Shown: one piece after another, positions 33,558 to 41,622 of the stretch
How positions within the stretch are numbered: position 1 is the first letter of the stretch
How the letters are laid out: the number at the start of each line of letters is the position of its first letter
IMG/VR virus record: IMGVR_UViG_3300045988_105328
Span: 1-41,884 of that record
Source: a virus
Length of the DNA stretch: 41,884 bases
Direction: 5' to 3' (one strand)
Notes under the pieces: model-generated
Databases searched by the model: none
What the model was told of the DNA's origin: nothing
What the model saw: only the letters and a program-made list of their open reading frames with translations
Translations under genes and position numbers: made by a program

Positions 33558-35039
33558 TTAGCAATAGTAAAAATAATAGATTTTTAGCGTATCCGTTTCT
33601 CGGTCATATATGATCCGGTCAATAATCTGTTTCAGGGATTCGTTTTTCTGAGCGTCAGTATAGGAGGCAGATATTAAAATATCATAGACGCCGCGGACCC
33701 GGTCAAGCATATCAGATGAGCTGGGGCAAGCATGATCACTTTGGATCGCCTCTAAATCCTCAAGTTGTTTTTGGAGTGATTCCCGCTCTTTTTGGATCAG
33801 ACGCTTGTTCTCCCGGTATTCTTCCAGAGTATCGATTCCTTCTCGGTAGGAGGCTTTGATTCGCTGCTCCTTGGAGGCGAGTCCTTCCAGCCGGTCAGTG
33901 AGCAGGGCTTTTTCATTCACGATCTCCACAGGCTGATAGTTGCGTAACTCAAATTCCATATCCCCGGAGGCCAGGACTTTTTCGAGGCTGGCCAGAACTT
34001 CTCGCTCAATGATCCTGGAGCTGACGCCATGCGGTTTCTTGCATTTCCCTTTGTTATAGCCATAGCATTTAAAGTAGGCATAGGGCTCTCCATTGCGCCG
34101 GTGCAGGGTGGTTGCAGTCATTGTACGGCCGCAGGCAGGGCATTTTAGCAGCCCGGAAAGCCAGTGCCGATAAGTGGAAGAGGGGCGGGAGCCTGCGGGC
34201 CTGTAGGTAGATTTATAGACCTCTTGGGCGGCCTCAAATAGTTCCTTGGAGATGATTGGCTGCTGTGCCCCTTCCGTGATGATCCATTCATTTTCATCTT
34301 TTTGTTTCTTTGTAGTATTGTCCGTTTGATTCCATCGGATCATGCCGCAGTAGGTTGGATTTTGAATTATGTATTCAATGCTGCGGCGCTCAAATGGTTT
34401 CCCGTGTGACGTCTTTAATCCTAGAGAATTTAGATAGCGTGCTATGTCAAAAAAGCTCATCCTTTCATTGACATATTTCTGGAATATAGTCTGTACGATC
34501 TGGGCTTCTTCTGGGACGATCACAGGCGGTTCCCCATGTCGGTCAATGCGGTAGCCGAGAGGAGGTCTTGCCTGGTAACCACCTCTGAGCGCCTTTTCCG
34601 TCATTCCTCTGGTAACTTCACCGGAGAGGCGGATAGAGTAGTATTCATCCATCCACTCTATGATTCGTTCGATCAAGGAGCCAAAGGGACCATCTATTAG
34701 GGGCTCAGAGACAGAGATAACGTCCACATTGCTCTGCTTCTTTAAGAGGGACTTGTAGACAATGCTTTCCTCCTGATTCCGGGCGAACCTACTGAACTTC
34801 CATACTAGGATCACGTCTACAGGGTGATCTTTGGACTTGGCAGAAGCAATCATCTTCTGGAACTCTGGCCGTTTGTCTGCCTTCCGCCCAGATATCCCGA
34901 TTTCTTGATAAATGGAAAGAAGGACGATATGATTTTTCTTAGCATACTCCCGGAGCAACTTTTCTTGGGAATCTGGTGATAGTTCCTCCTGCTTATCTGT
35001 GGATACGCGGACGTATCCGTAGCCATATCGTTGCTTCAT
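33558..35039 (-). CDS. int: Large serine recombinase (phage integrase)
   Basis: ATG 35039 after aaggag. YGYVRVSTDKQE and VWKFSRFARN are present, along with a recombinase domain, a zinc ribbon (CPACGRTM...CYGYNKGKC) and a C-terminal coiled coil. 493 aa. Confidence 0.92.
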   Translation of the reverse strand: MKQRYGYGYVRVSTDKQEELSPDSQEKLLREYAKKNHIVLLSIYQEIGISGRKADKRPEFQKMIASAKSKDHPVDVILVWKFSRFARNQEESIVYKSLLKKQSNVDVISVSEPLIDGPFGSLIERIIEWMDEYYSIRLSGEVTRGMTEKALRGGYQARPPLGYRIDRHGEPPVIVPEEAQIVQTIFQKYVNERMSFFDIARYLNSLGLKTSHGKPFERRSIEYIIQNPTYCGMIRWNQTDNTTKKQKDENEWIITEGAQQPIISKELFEAAQEVYKSTYRPAGSRPSSTYRHWLSGLLKCPACGRTMTATTLHRRNGEPYAYFKCYGYNKGKCKKPHGVSSRIIEREVLASLEKVLASGDMEFELRNYQPVEIVNEKALLTDRLEGLASKEQRIKASYREGIDTLEEYRENKRLIQKERESLQKQLEDLEAIQSDHACPSSSDMLDRVRGVYDILISASYTDAQKNESLKQIIDRIIYDRETDTLKIYYFYYC

Positions 35040-35276
35040 GGTATCATCTCCTTGTGTATGATATGTAAAAAAGAGTATAAAAATAACAGCCAGAGAGTGT
35101 TTCTCTTGCGTGGCTGACCAGGAGATGATACAATATTTTTGGTCGAGCTGTAACATCTCCGGAGGTGTTATAGTAAAAACTCCCGACTGTATGTCTGCTG
35201 TGCGGACAGGGAGTAGTTTTGCCGTCCTGGTGTTGGCGCACCGGGGCGGTTTTGTATATAGATAGAAACATCTAGT

Positions 35277-35657
35277 TTAATCTAATTCTAGTGTTTCCGC
35301 CAAGTCTTCCATAACCTCTTCTACTCCGTAGGTCTCTCCTTCATCCATTGTTTTCAGTTTTGCTAGGGCAAGATTGACATCGAGTGCAATAGATCCATCG
35401 GTAATATAGTCAAGGCTTGTGTCATTTTTTTCATGATCTTCTTCTATTTTTTCTAAATCATCGTAAATTCTGGAAAGTTCTTCTTCCAGAGTATCAGCGT
35501 TCATAGATCCATTGCAGAAATCTTCCATACACTCATAGGCTTCCACACCTAAATCATAAGCCTCTTGTGTCGTGAAATCCGGTAAACTATCCCCGCAAGC
35601 ACATAACCCGGCTGATAAAATACAAATCATCAAAATCGCCACAATTCTTTTTCTCAT
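35277..35657 (-). CDS. Secreted acidic lipoprotein (candidate superinfection-exclusion moron)
   Basis: Signal peptide MRKRIVAILMICILSAGLCAC with a lipobox-like L-C-A-C. Strong RBS gaggaggg. It lies between int and immA. Confidence 0.7.
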   Translation of the reverse strand: MRKRIVAILMICILSAGLCACGDSLPDFTTQEAYDLGVEAYECMEDFCNGSMNADTLEEELSRIYDDLEKIEEDHEKNDTSLDYITDGSIALDVNLALAKLKTMDEGETYGVEEVMEDLAETLELD

Positions 35658-35710
35658 AGGTATTTTCCCTCCTCATTCGTACCTTAACATTGAGAATCTA
35701 TATAATCCGC

Positions 35711-35893
35711 CTAGGCGGTTATATCATTTTTCGTACGTTTCAAACGATATATATCCTCCAGACACACCATTAGAAATTCCTCGGATAGATATACTTCATC
35801 CCTAAAACCCTCTGGAATTACGTTAATTCCCATCTCTCTAGTAATTGTATAATATAGATTCAGCGCTGTTTCGTTCTCAAAAATATATTTCAT
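35711..35893 (-). CDS. Hypothetical 60-aa protein
   Basis: ORF between the ImmA and lipoprotein genes. No motif recognised. Confidence 0.4.
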   Translation of the reverse strand: MKYIFENETALNLYYTITREMGINVIPEGFRDEVYLSEEFLMVCLEDIYRLKRTKNDITA

Positions 35894-35914
35894 AATTCTT
35901 ACTCACTTAGATAT

Positions 35915-36631
35915 TTAGATATCATAGAGCCATTTTTGGTGTAATGCGGTTAATCGCCGTTCATTATCGTCATAGATATAAAGAGAGGGAGTTGGCGGAT
36001 TTTCTGGGATAGCGCAAATTTCGCAGTGATCAGACAGAGTATTATATAATACGCTTCCGCATAAGCAACATTTTTTCTTGCTCCAGATAAAACATTTTTT
36101 TTCTTTACTGTAAAAATGGGCATACATGGCCTTGTCAGTTGCCGACATTCTATACATGATAACATTCCTGTGCCACTTTCGATAATCAATAAAAGCGTTG
36201 TCAGCCGCCTCAAAAGACATGTCGAATATCTTTGCTACATCATTGGCGTTTTTGCACTCTGAATAGTGAATTGCCATCCGCGGAGCCAGTATATGACTGG
36301 CAAAAGCATTTGCTTCTTTTTCATTTTGTTTGGATGAACCGATGTGTCTCAGGACATGGTGTCCAAGTTCATGCATTAACGAAAACCGGATTCGGCCATG
36401 AGGCCGATCTGGATTATATGCTACAATTTTTGACGTACCTGTGCAGAAGGCATCCTCTGAGTATTCCATGCAAAGAGAATATAAATCGGGATTTTTTTCC
36501 TGTAATTTTCTATAAGTAAGAACTCTATACCCATAATGCTTGAGTAATCCCCCACAATCAATGGGGAATGAGTAGATATTACATTCCTGGAAAACTCTAA
36601 TGGTGGCAGCGACTATTTTATTGTAATCCAA
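35915..36631 (-). CDS. ImmA/IrrE-family metalloprotease (anti-repressor protease)
   Basis: HELGHHVLRH (HExxH) and a C-terminal Cys cluster CCLCGS...CEIC. TTG start 17 nt after the XRE stop. This is the classic XRE-ImmA pair. Confidence 0.85.
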   Translation of the reverse strand: MDYNKIVAATIRVFQECNIYSFPIDCGGLLKHYGYRVLTYRKLQEKNPDLYSLCMEYSEDAFCTGTSKIVAYNPDRPHGRIRFSLMHELGHHVLRHIGSSKQNEKEANAFASHILAPRMAIHYSECKNANDVAKIFDMSFEAADNAFIDYRKWHRNVIMYRMSATDKAMYAHFYSKEKKCFIWSKKKCCLCGSVLYNTLSDHCEICAIPENPPTPSLYIYDDNERRLTALHQKWLYDI

Positions 36632-36647
36632 ACAGATCAGTCCTCTA

Positions 36648-36971
36648 CTAATTTATTTCGGACAAAAGTTTGATTAAACGCATTTTTTGTTCTGTCGAAA
36701 AGTCCTTTCCGTTACGAGCGATAAGCTGTTCTACATCCTCGTAAGAGGGTTCGTGTGCAGAAATTTCCCCTCCAGCTATATTCTCAAGCTCTTCTATCGT
36801 AATTCCGAGAGTTTTGCATATTTGAATAACATTGTCCACACTCGCTCTGCCGACTCCATTTTTCATAATTCCATATAAGGTGGTATAAGGAATTCCACAT
36901 TTTTCTGCAAATGCCTTAAGGCTGTATCCCTGGTTTTTTATCAATTGTTCTAGAATTCTCGCTTTTTCCAT
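36648..36971 (-). CDS. XRE-family HTH repressor (CI-like)
   Basis: ATG 36971 after aaggagaggtgg. The HTH is SLKAFAEKCGIPYTTLYGIMKNGVGRASVDNVIQICKTLG. It is divergent from the cro-like gene. Confidence 0.88.
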   Translation of the reverse strand: MEKARILEQLIKNQGYSLKAFAEKCGIPYTTLYGIMKNGVGRASVDNVIQICKTLGITIEELENIAGGEISAHEPSYEDVEQLIARNGKDFSTEQKMRLIKLLSEIN

Positions 36972-37037
36972 TAGGTCCACCTCTCCTTCTATATGCATTT
37001 ATTATATACGAAAATGGATACTTTGTAAATATAAAAT

Positions 37038-37137
37038 ATTCGTAAAAACGAATAAATACGGAAATCGGAATATTTTATATTGACAAAATACTGAATAAAG
37101 AATATTATGTTATTAAGAAATTCGATATTACGAATTT
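37038..37137. promoter_or_regulatory. Lysis-lysogeny switch region with two TTCG-N-CGAA palindromes flanking a rightward promoter
   Basis: ATTCGTaaaaACGAAT (37038-37053), AAATTCGatattaCGAATTT (37118-37137), and TTGACA-17-TATTAT (37080-37108). Confidence 0.65.
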
Positions 37138-37166
37138 ATGAAATTTGTAAAGGAGGTAGATAAAGC

Positions 37167-37370
37167 ATGTACGGTAACCTGCTTAATGCAATGAAAAGCG
37201 AAAAGGTCACTTTTTCGCAGATGGGCGAGTTATTGAACTACAGGTATCAAACAGTTAGCGATATCGCAAATGGAGAGACTAAAAAAGGTTTTTACTATGA
37301 AGATGCATGTAAAATTCACAAAGTATTTTTTCCAAAGTACGATATGGAATATCTGTTTGAACGCACATAA
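37167..37370 (+). CDS. Cro-like small HTH regulator
   Basis: 67 aa with FSQMGELLNYRYQTVSDIANGE. It is the first rightward gene, opposite the repressor. RBS aaaggagg. Confidence 0.7.
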   Translation: MYGNLLNAMKSEKVTFSQMGELLNYRYQTVSDIANGETKKGFYYEDACKIHKVFFPKYDMEYLFERT

Positions 37371-37483
37371 ACCAAACATTTGTTCGATAAAATTACTATA
37401 GCATTTCTACTATATGAAATCAATTAGTAATTATCACCAAAGAACAACTTACTTATTTGTAACTGACGAGGAGGTGAGGTAGG

Positions 37484-37681
37484 ATGTGGATTCGTAGTAA
37501 CAAGTTTCTGGAGCTAGAAAAAAAGATAGCTATCCTCGAAAAAGAACAGCTATCAATAAAGGAATATGTGAAAGAGGCTATCAAATCAGATGAAGAACTG
37601 ATCAAAATCGTAAAAGAGTTTAGTGCTGACATTAAGACATTAGAATCCATCAATGCAAATAGCACGAAACTGACTTCCTAA
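37484..37681 (+). CDS. Hypothetical coiled-coil protein
   Basis: ATG after gaggaggtgagg. 65 aa. Confidence 0.5.
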   Translation: MWIRSNKFLELEKKIAILEKEQLSIKEYVKEAIKSDEELIKIVKEFSADIKTLESINANSTKLTS

Positions 37682-38449
37682 AGTAGTGACGGTTATACAT
37701 TTCCGATAAATATGTATATGCTCGGCTCTGGTCTCAAGTTGATTAAGCTTTTGAAATTTTGCAGAGGCTTCCAGGTAAATTTTAGAGGATTTTACGAAAG
37801 AGTAGGACGTTCCATCTCTCAATTCAAAATCATTTAGCTTGATTAATCCTAGCCGCATTAGATTATCAAGAGATACGCGAACCTGTTCTTCTGAAGTAGA
37901 TGGGATATTTATATCGGTTATAAGATCTAGAGAAAACTGTTCTTCTTGAGCGCCTCCGGCTAGATGTAATCCATTTAGTTGCATTACGATGCTCAAAGTT
38001 GCAGCGGGGGTTGTTTGGCGTATAGAACAAGCTTTAAAAACTAGCGCATCATTAGGAGAAAGCTGTTTAATTATTTCAACAAAGCAAGGATGAACCTGAT
38101 CTTTGGTATCTAAAAACATGGCCTTCGCTAAAAGATTCGCATAAAGATCGTGCAATTCGTGATTGGTTATGCAGTATGCAATTGATTGGAGTGCTGGAAC
38201 AGCCACATATGGTTCTGGAGAAATTATTTTATTAGGGTCAGAAGAGGCAAGTTTTTCTTCAAGAGATTTTTTGGTTTCCTCAACATTGAATTCCCTTTTA
38301 AGAATCCAGCAGTCCAAACGAGAAAGAGCAGCATTTATAGCGCGAGGAATACGACCTATAAATTTTCCGGTTTCTGATGCCGCTGGGTGAGCAATATCAT
38401 CATATACTTTATCAATAGTTTCGTTTGGAAGTTCAAAATTATCAAGCAT
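37640..38449 (-). CDS. Abi-alpha (DUF4393)-like abortive-infection protein
   Basis: The N-terminus DKVYDDIAHPAASETGKFIGRIP and the central LHDLYANLLAKAM...VHPCFVEIIKQLSPNDALVF resemble the Abi_alpha family as I remember it. ATG 38449 lies 8 nt after aaaggaa. The gene is opposite in orientation to its neighbours. Confidence 0.55.
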   Translation of the reverse strand: MLDNFELPNETIDKVYDDIAHPAASETGKFIGRIPRAINAALSRLDCWILKREFNVEETKKSLEEKLASSDPNKIISPEPYVAVPALQSIAYCITNHELHDLYANLLAKAMFLDTKDQVHPCFVEIIKQLSPNDALVFKACSIRQTTPAATLSIVMQLNGLHLAGGAQEEQFSLDLITDINIPSTSEEQVRVSLDNLMRLGLIKLNDFELRDGTSYSFVKSSKIYLEASAKFQKLNQLETRAEHIHIYRKCITVTTLGSQFRAICIDGF

Positions 38450-38481
38450 GATAATCATTCCTTTCATCATTTGATAGGAAA

Positions 38482-38513
38482 ATTATACCAGATATCGGCA
38501 ATCCGGACAATCG
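38482..38513 (-). promoter_or_regulatory. Extended -10 promoter for the Abi-like gene
   Basis: The minus strand reads TTGTCC, a 17-nt spacer (ending TGG), then TATAAT (TGGTATAAT = plus-strand 38482-38490). Confidence 0.5.
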
Positions 38514-38544
38514 GTAAGGAATACATATTAAAGAGGTGGTGCAG

Positions 38545-38688
38545 TTGAAATATATCAACATTGTGATTGTGGACGGCGTAGAAAAGGAAATTAAAGATCT
38601 ATCCACAGAGCAGAGAGAGCGGCTAGTAGAGGAATGGAATAAGCGAGCTCTGGCCGTGATCGGATACGAACAGATTAAAACCGCCTGA
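38545..38688 (+). CDS. Small ORF (47 aa)
   Basis: TTG 38545 after aagaggtgg (MKYINIVIVDGVEKEIKDLSTEQRERLVEEWNKRALAVIGYEQIKTA). Confidence 0.4.
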   Translation: MKYINIVIVDGVEKEIKDLSTEQRERLVEEWNKRALAVIGYEQIKTA

Positions 38689-38713
38689 GGGCGGTAGAGG
38701 GGAGGGACAAGCT

Positions 38714-38926
38714 TTGAAGAGAGATGATGGTCTAAAAATCATCAAACCTTGGCCGTTGAAGCCGGAGACACCCTGGTACATCCGGCGGCGGATCAGAAAG
38801 CTGGAGCATGAGATTGATCGCTGTTGGGTGTGGGTATACCGGGCGTCACTGGCTCTGGAGATGGTTATAGCGGTCTTGGTGGTCTTATGTATCGCACACT
38901 GCACGGGGCTGCTGCAGATGATGTGA
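38714..38926 (+). CDS. Small protein with a C-terminal TM segment
   Basis: TTG 38714 lies 8 nt after ggggaggg. The hydrophobic tail is LALEMVIAVLVVLCIAHCTGLL. Confidence 0.4.
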   Translation: MKRDDGLKIIKPWPLKPETPWYIRRRIRKLEHEIDRCWVWVYRASLALEMVIAVLVVLCIAHCTGLLQMM

Positions 38927-38940
38927 AGGAGGTGAGAAAG

Positions 38941-39150
38941 GTGGATATGCGAGAAATCCCAACGATCATCCCAGAGGATGAGTTCCAAGAATACTTGGAA
39001 GAGATAGGGGAAATGGTGGACATGTGGAAGGATGATGGGCTGGGATATGTATCAGTCAAGTGCCAGTTGGCAGATTTTATTTGTACCCTGAACACCGGTA
39101 TGGTTTTCACCGTTGGTCAGATCAGAAGAATCTTTGAGTTGGCAAGATAA
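38941..39150 (+). CDS. Hypothetical acidic protein
   Basis: GTG 38941 lies 8 nt after aaggagg (VDMREIPTIIPEDEF...). It is followed by a hairpin at 39153-39198. Confidence 0.5.
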   Translation: MDMREIPTIIPEDEFQEYLEEIGEMVDMWKDDGLGYVSVKCQLADFICTLNTGMVFTVGQIRRIFELAR

Positions 39151-39260
39151 AATGAGCGCCCTTATGAGGCGGCAACCTCAGGCGCTCAGGTAATCAACCA
39201 ATTATATTTTAGCAGACATTCAAAAAGATTAAAAGAATAAAAATTAGGAGGTACTAGCAA

Positions 39261-39758
39261 ATGGATGTAAATGTAACGATCAAAATCAGCAAAGAGGCAT
39301 TAGGGGAAGCCGTCGAAGTTTTCCGGCAGTTTCTGAATTCTCCGCAGGTTGCCACGGACACCAGGACGGTCGCAAAGACCACAGAGGATCAGCAGGCTGC
39401 AACCCCATACGGACAACAGATTGCAAATCACTTTCCTCAGGCTAACACAGGAGTAGTCCCGACAACACCGGTACCGCCAATGGCTCCAGTAACCCAGCCA
39501 GATGTTCCGACTCGCACGGAAGTAGAGACCTCACCGGTACAACCGCCTTCCCAGATGCAGGCGCAAGTTCCGACCACGGAACGTACCTATACGGCGGAAG
39601 AACTGCAGGTAGCTGCAGTGACTCTGGTGGATAAAGGAATGATGGCCCAACTCCAGGAACTCCTAAACAGGTTTGGGGTAAATGCCTTACCAGAACTTCC
39701 AAAAGAACAGTATGGGGCATTTGCAACAGCACTGCGGGGAATGGGGGCTCAGATTTGA
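39261..39758 (+). CDS. Hypothetical protein with a P/Q/T-rich linker (first gene of the replication module)
   Basis: 165 aa, RBS aggagg. It has a low-complexity central region and a helical C-terminus. Confidence 0.6.
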   Translation: MDVNVTIKISKEALGEAVEVFRQFLNSPQVATDTRTVAKTTEDQQAATPYGQQIANHFPQANTGVVPTTPVPPMAPVTQPDVPTRTEVETSPVQPPSQMQAQVPTTERTYTAEELQVAAVTLVDKGMMAQLQELLNRFGVNALPELPKEQYGAFATALRGMGAQI

Positions 39759-40945
39759 TGGAACATGAACAGAGGAATCACGCATTATTGAGCGCTTCCA
39801 GTGCGCACCGGTGGCTTTTGTGTACGCCATCGGCAAAGCTGGAGGAACAGTTCCCTGATACCACATCCGAGGCGGCCAGAGAGGGAACGCTGGCCCATGA
39901 ATTGGCAGAACTGAAGGTCAGGAACTATTTCCAAACAAAGGAGTTTGGCAAAAGGAAATTAAACGCCGCCATCAAAAAACTGAAGACAGAACAGGAAGAC
40001 CTTTGGCAGGAAGAGATGATGGGATATACGGATCAGTACCTAGACTATATCAAAGTTGTTGCCCTTTCAGAAAAGGTGAAGCCTTATGTAGCGATTGAAA
40101 AGAGAGTTGATTATAGCGATTGGGCGCCGGGTGGTTTTGGCACAGCAGACTGCATCCTGCTCCGGGGGAACCGGGTCCATATTTTTGACTTTAAATATGG
40201 GAAAGGTGTTCCAGTATCATCGGAAAAGAATCCTCAGATGATGTTGTATGCTCTTGGGGCTTTTCATGCTTATAACATGCTGTTTTCAATTCAGGAGATT
40301 CATTTACATATCATCCAACCCAGGATTGATAATGTCTCTGAGTGGACATGCTCCGTGGATCAGCTTCTTGAGTTTGGAGAGTATGTGCGAAAGCAGGCGC
40401 GACTTGCCAGTGACGGAGCTGGAGAGTTTTGTCCAGGGGAAAGTCAGTGTAGATTTTGCCGGGTGCGCGCCAGGTGCCGGGCAAGGGCGCAGGAAAATGC
40501 GCGTTTGGCATTCTCACCGGACAAGGGGAAGCTTCCGCCCTTGATCACCGCCGCGGAAGCGGGGGCCTATCTGACCCAGGGGGAGGACGTAGAGCGGTGG
40601 TTGAGCGACCTGAAGGAATGGGCGCTGTCTGAGTGTTTGGCCGGAGGAGAAGTTCCCGGCTGGAAAGCCGTGGAGGGCAGAGGCTCGCGGAGTTGGACAG
40701 ATATGGACGCTGCATTTGACCGGCTGATCAAGACCGGGATCACCCCGGAAGAAATGCTCTATGAAAAGAAGCCGCTTACGTTAGCTCAAGTAGAGAAGCT
40801 GATAGGAAAGAAGGACTTTGCGGAAGCGGTTGGTGAGTATGTCACGAAGACTCCAGGGAAGCCGGCTCTGGTAAAAGAATCCGACAAGCGTGAAGCGATC
40901 ACAAACAAAGTAACAGCCGCAGAGGCTTTTAAGGAGGTAAATTAA
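39755..40945 (+). CDS. PD-(D/E)xK, Cas4-like nuclease (DUF2800-type)
   Basis: N-terminal LSASSAHRWLLCTPS and GTLAHE, a D...DFKYGKG core, and the C-terminal Cys cluster CRFCRVRARC. It is syntenic with DUF2815 and PolA. Confidence 0.75.
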   Translation: MMEHEQRNHALLSASSAHRWLLCTPSAKLEEQFPDTTSEAAREGTLAHELAELKVRNYFQTKEFGKRKLNAAIKKLKTEQEDLWQEEMMGYTDQYLDYIKVVALSEKVKPYVAIEKRVDYSDWAPGGFGTADCILLRGNRVHIFDFKYGKGVPVSSEKNPQMMLYALGAFHAYNMLFSIQEIHLHIIQPRIDNVSEWTCSVDQLLEFGEYVRKQARLASDGAGEFCPGESQCRFCRVRARCRARAQENARLAFSPDKGKLPPLITAAEAGAYLTQGEDVERWLSDLKEWALSECLAGGEVPGWKAVEGRGSRSWTDMDAAFDRLIKTGITPEEMLYEKKPLTLAQVEKLIGKKDFAEAVGEYVTKTPGKPALVKESDKREAITNKVTAAEAFKEVN

Positions 40946-41584
40946 ATGGGATTTGGAGATCTGACAAATGTAACGACAGGGGAAGCGAGATTATCTTATG
41001 TACATCTGTTCAAGCCGCACGCGCAGCAGATAGGATCAGAAGAGAAATTTAGCTGCACCGTGCTGGTGCCGAAATCTGACACGGCGACCAAGGCTAGGAT
41101 CGATGCAGCCATCGAAGCCGCAAAGCAAAAAGGGGTAGCCGGGAAATGGAATGGTGTGTGCCCGCCTATGGTCCCGACACCGGTATATGATGGGGACGGG
41201 GTACGACCGTCTGATGGTATGCCTTTTGGACCAGAGTGCAAAGGCCACTGGGTATTTACAGCCAGCTCTAAGGCGGATCAACCGCCAGAGGTCGTAGACC
41301 AGAATGGAAATCCGATGATCAACCAGTCGGAGATGTACAGTGGTGTATACGCTATGGTAAACGTGGAGTTTTTCCCCTATGCTTATGGCGGCAAAAAAGG
41401 AATCGGTTGCGGACTGGGACCAGTCAAGAAAGTGAGGGACGGTGAGGCCCTGGCAGGAAGAGCCCCAACAGCAGCAGAAGCGTTTGGCACCCCAGCGGCG
41501 GTTAGTCCAGGGGCCACGGGCTACGCACAGCCGCAATCAGCACAGGCCCCAGCGATCAACCCAATCACGGGCCTTCCGATGTAA
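40946..41584 (+). CDS. DUF2815-type ssDNA-binding-like protein
   Basis: RLSYVHLFKP at the N-terminus and a low-complexity A/P/Q tail. It lies between the DUF2800 and PolA genes. Confidence 0.7.
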   Translation: MGFGDLTNVTTGEARLSYVHLFKPHAQQIGSEEKFSCTVLVPKSDTATKARIDAAIEAAKQKGVAGKWNGVCPPMVPTPVYDGDGVRPSDGMPFGPECKGHWVFTASSKADQPPEVVDQNGNPMINQSEMYSGVYAMVNVEFFPYAYGGKKGIGCGLGPVKKVRDGEALAGRAPTAAEAFGTPAAVSPGATGYAQPQSAQAPAINPITGLPM

Positions 41585-41587
41585 TAT

Positions 41588-41609
41588 TGAGAGGGGATTT
41601 CCCCTCTCA
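41588..41609 (+). other. Perfect 9-bp hairpin upstream of the polymerase RBS
   Basis: tgagagggg-attt-cccctctca, with no U-tract. Confidence 0.6.
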
Positions 41610-41622
41610 GAAAGGTGAGAAA

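Noticed and set aside
35040-35156. 39-codon N-terminal extension of the integrase given in the ORF track
   Set aside because: The catalytic N-terminus of serine recombinases begins within a few residues of the start (MKQRYGYGYVRVSTDKQ). ATG 35039 has an aaggag RBS, and the extension has none.
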